Assembly (NCBI RefSeq): GCF_030028105.1
Contig: NC_092400.1
Span: 3,782,001 to 3,846,000, forward strand
DNA: 64,000 bases
Direction: 5' to 3'
Source of the DNA: Mobula birostris
Taxonomy: Eukaryota
Shown in pieces: positions 60,205-64,000 of the stretch. The notes under the pieces are model-generated. The model searched no databases, was not told the DNA's origin, and saw only the letters and a program-made list of their open reading frames with translations. The translations under genes and the position numbers were made by a program. Positions within the stretch are counted from its first letter, which is position 1, and every line of letters starts with the position of its first letter.

Positions 60205-62067
60205 GTGAGTATGATCGGAGAGTGCCTCATTGTCTTATTTTTATCTCTGCTTCCATGGTCAGCATTTTTTGTCCATCCCTCATTGCCTTTGTGAAGGTGC
60301 TGGTGAGCTGCCATCTTGAACTACTGGAGTTGCCCTGGTGATGGTTCTCCCACAATGCTCTTGTGCTGAAGCTCCAGTATTCAGACCCAGTGATGATGGA
60401 GGAACAGGTTATGTTCCATGTCTGGATGGTGTGAGACTTGCAGGGACCTGTATGTGATGCTGATCTCTGTCTCTCTAGATGGTAAAGGCTATTGGTCTGG
60501 GAGATTTAGCTGAGATACACTGGCTGCTGAATTATACAATAGCACAGAATGCTGATAGTGGATATTGCTAGAGATCATTTCATTTGGTTTATTATTGTCG
60601 CAGGTAACAGGCCACAGTGAAAAGCTTTGTTTTTCCTGCCATCCATACAGACAGAGTTGCAATGAAATCAGTTCCTTTGTCACTAGTAATGACGAGCTCC
60701 TTCTGTGTTTGGGAGCTGCACTCACCCAGGTACTGGGGCGATATCCCACTCCTGGCTGATGGTGGAAAGGCTTCAGGCAGTAAGACATCAATCACTTCTT
60801 ATGGGATGTTTAAGTTCTGACCTGCTCTTGGAACTACTCGTTAACGCATCTTGGTGAATTATATGTGAGGGTCACCAGTGAACCCCAGTGCAAAATCACA
60901 GAGACTCTGGCAATTCAAACACAACAACAGATTTAAGACAGAAAGTAAGCAAGAAAACTAACAAGAACTCAGGCAAGCTATGCAGAATCCTGACAAACAG
61001 AAATCACTCAGATTCACAGAAGAACTCGGACAGAGTTTCACCAGACAAGGGCCCACAATGACTGAGCAAAGAGGGGCTGGACAGTTCCCCTGACATACAC
61101 CCTGGAGCACATAGGAATTCAGAACAGCCCGGGAGCCCAGGCAAAACATTAACCCCCAAGTCAATGACTACACTGAAAGACAGAGAAAATCCTGTGCTGA
61201 CTCAGTTACCCAAATTGAATAAAAATGATAAATGCAAGGAGAGCGTCTGATCCCAAACGAGACACCTGCAATACAAAGTGAGTGAGTTCTAAGAAAAATA
61301 ATTAGAATCCGAATCGGAATCAGGTTTAATATCACCAGCACATGTTGTGGAATTTGTTAACTTTACAGCAGCAGTACAATGAAATACACGATAAATAAAT
61401 ATACAGAAAAAATATGAGTAACATTAAGTATATATGTCTAATAAACTCTTCTTGGACTTCTAGCCAAGTACAGGTATCAATTATATCTGACGTCATCAAA
61501 ACATCAGTGATAATCAATACCGATACCCAGCTGGAAGCCCAAGAAGAGTTTATTCATCATATATGCCGGGAAAGCACGAGGTGCTTTTCTTTTATACACA
61601 TGTCTATTAAATAATTGAGGTAAAACACGTAGTGCAAAATAACAGAAATAAAGAAGTAATGAGGTGATGTTCACGGGTTCAATGTCCATTTAGAAATTGG
61701 ATGGCAGAGGGGAAGAAACTGTTCCTGAATTGCTGAGTGTGTGTCTTCAGGCTTCTGTAGCTCCTCCGTGATGGTAACAATGAGAAGAGGGCATGTCCTG
61801 GGTGATGGGGTCCTTAATAATGGATGCCACCTTCCTGGGGCATCGCTCTTGAAGATGCCTTGAATACTACAGAGGCTGGTACGCATGACGGAGCTGACTA
61901 ATTCTACAGGTCTCTGCAACTTAATTCGATCTTGTGCAGTAGCCCCCTCCCACATACCAGACGGTGATGCAGACAGTCAGAACACTTGGAGAAATGTTTG
62001 AGTGTTTTAGTTGACAAACCAAATTTTCTCAAACTCCAAATGAAATATAGCTGCTGTCTTGCCTTCT

Positions 62068-62720
62068 GTGGTTAAGAAAGCATACTGTGCATTGGCCTTC
62101 ATCAATCATGGGATTGAGTTTAGGAGCTGAGAGGTAATATTGCAGCTATATAGGACCCTGGTCAGACCCCACTTGGAGTACTGTGCTCAGTTCTAGTCAC
62201 CTCACTACAGGAAGGATGTGGAAACCATCGAAAGGGTGCTGAGGAGATTTACAAGGATGTGGCCTGGATTGGGGAGCATGCCTTATGAGAATAGTTTGAG
62301 TGAATGTGGCCTTTTCCCCTTGCAGAAAGGGAGGATGAGAGGTGACCTGATAGAGGTGTAAAAGATGATGAGAGGCATTGATCATGTTGATAGTCAGAGG
62401 CTTTTCCCCAGGGCTGAAATAGGTAGCACGAGAAGGCACAGTTTTAGGATGATTGGAAGTAGGTACGGAGGAGATGTCAGGGGTAGGTTTTTTTACACAG
62501 GGGGTGGTGAGTGCATAGAATGGGCTGCTGGCGACGGTGGTGGAGGCGGATACGATAGGGTCTGTTAAGAGACTCCTGGATAGATACATGGAGCTTAGAA
62601 AAATAGAGGCCTACAGGTAACTCTAGGTAATTTCTAAGTTAAGGACATGTTCGGCTCAGCTTTATGGGCCGAGGGCCTGTATTGTGTTGTAGGGTTTCTA
62701 TGTTTCTATGTTTCTATGTT
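62068..62720 (+). mobile_element. CR1 3' fragment in intron 3 of copy 3
   Basis: Paralogue of 34945-35600. Contains the empty site of the copy 1 L1 (~62555-62570). Confidence 0.8.
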
Positions 62721-64000
62721 CTCTATAGCTGCATCAATATGTAGTGACCTGGTTAAGTCCTCAGAGATATTGACACCCAGGAACTCGAAATTGCTCATTC
62801 TCTCCACTCCTGATAGATACAGAAATAAAATGAATGGCAGTAATTATATATATGTTTATTAAATAGTTAAATTAAATACGTAGTAGAAAAAAAGGAATTA
62901 AAAAAGTAATGGGGTAGTGTTCATAAGTTTAATGTCCATTTAGAAATCAGATGGCAGAGAGAAAGAAGCTGCTCTTGAAGTGTGTGCCTTCAGGCTTCTG
63001 TACCTCCTTCCTGACGGTGACAATGAGAAGAGGGCATGTACTGGGTGGTGAGGATCCTTAATACTGGACAACTCCTTCCTGAGGCAGCTTATGGGACATA
63101 AAGGGTAACCAATCCAAGGAAGACTATATACACCTGAGAATTATCAGAGGCATAGATAAAATAAACAATCACAGCCGTTTTCCAAGGCAGAAAAGTCTAA
63201 AACTAGAGGTCTAGGTTTAACGTGGGAGTAGAAAAAGATTTAAAAGGAACAACTTGTTCACACAAAGGCTGCTGGGTATGTAGAAGGTGCAAAGGAGATG
63301 GATACAATTACAATGTTTCAAAGATAGTTGGAAAGCTTTAGAGGATCTGGGCCAGGTGCAGGCAGATGGGATAGCATAGAAAGACAGTGGGTCAGCATGG
63401 ATGAGTTGGGCCGAAAAGCCTGGCTCAGAGCTGCAAAACCTTTACGACTCTAGGGACGTGAAAGATGGCTGAATTACGCTCCTTATTTGAAGATGGTTAT
63501 TGTCTGACACGTGTGTGTTGTCAATGTTACTCACCAGCTAGTGGTCAGGGCCCAGATATTGCTGGATCATATGCAGAGAGCAAATTATGAACTGAGCATT
63601 ATTGATGAGTAAGTACCATCTGGTAGCACTGACACCATCAAAAATCATTTGAAATAGTAGATTGAGTAAATATTTGGCTCTGAAAGCCTGCTGCACTATT
63701 TGTCAAGATATAGGTTTATCTTCTTGCTCAACAATTTTTCCTGACTTATCTCAATATTCCCAGATTCCTCCAATTTATCAATTTCAATCAGCTTCAGTTT
63801 TGAGTGAATTCATGGCATCCACAGCCCTCTGGCACAGGATCTTCCCCCAGTTTGAACCCTCAATGGCTTGCCCTTAATCTGCGCCAGTGACCCCTGGTTC
63901 TATTTCCCATCAGTACAGGAAACACCCTCTTCATATCTGTCCTGTGATCCCTGCTGTGGTTTCAAAATTCACCCACAGAAAATGGATTCAGATGAATAAA

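Noticed and set aside
1-64000. tRNA/rRNA genes, CRISPR arrays or prokaryotic systems
   Set aside because: None seen. The sequence is intron-containing vertebrate DNA.

Overview
Vertebrate genomic DNA. The CR1, L1, Rex/Babar and Penelope repeat landscape suggests a cartilaginous fish, possibly a ray (inference). The window holds a cluster of three 4-exon group I secretory phospholipase A2 genes (PLA2G1B-like). Copy 1 is on the - strand (14626->2965, complete, 144 aa), copy 2 on the + strand (31974->40381, complete, 145 aa) and copy 3 on the + strand (58557->60204, exons 1-3; exon 4 is expected about 0.7 kb past the window end). All three keep His48/Asp49, the Ca2+ loop and the group I Cys11-Cys77 pair. 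Mature-protein exons differ by about 14-19% in most pairwise comparisons (exon 2 of copies 1 and 3 is the exception, about 3%), mostly at nonsynonymous sites, while flanking introns are nearly identical. This is the pattern known from snake-venom PLA2 families, although intron homogenisation by gene conversion clearly contributes. The locus is a roughly 23-kb inverted duplication around copy 2 and appears built from head-to-head gene pairs, with scars of three deleted gene slots (two orphan upstream regions, one orphan 3' flank). The rest is retroelement: a full-length L1 with a 13-bp TSD, a 5'-truncated L1 flanked by a 315-bp duplication, several CR1s, an ERV remnant and Sushi/gypsy gag fragments. 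All difference counts were made by eye.
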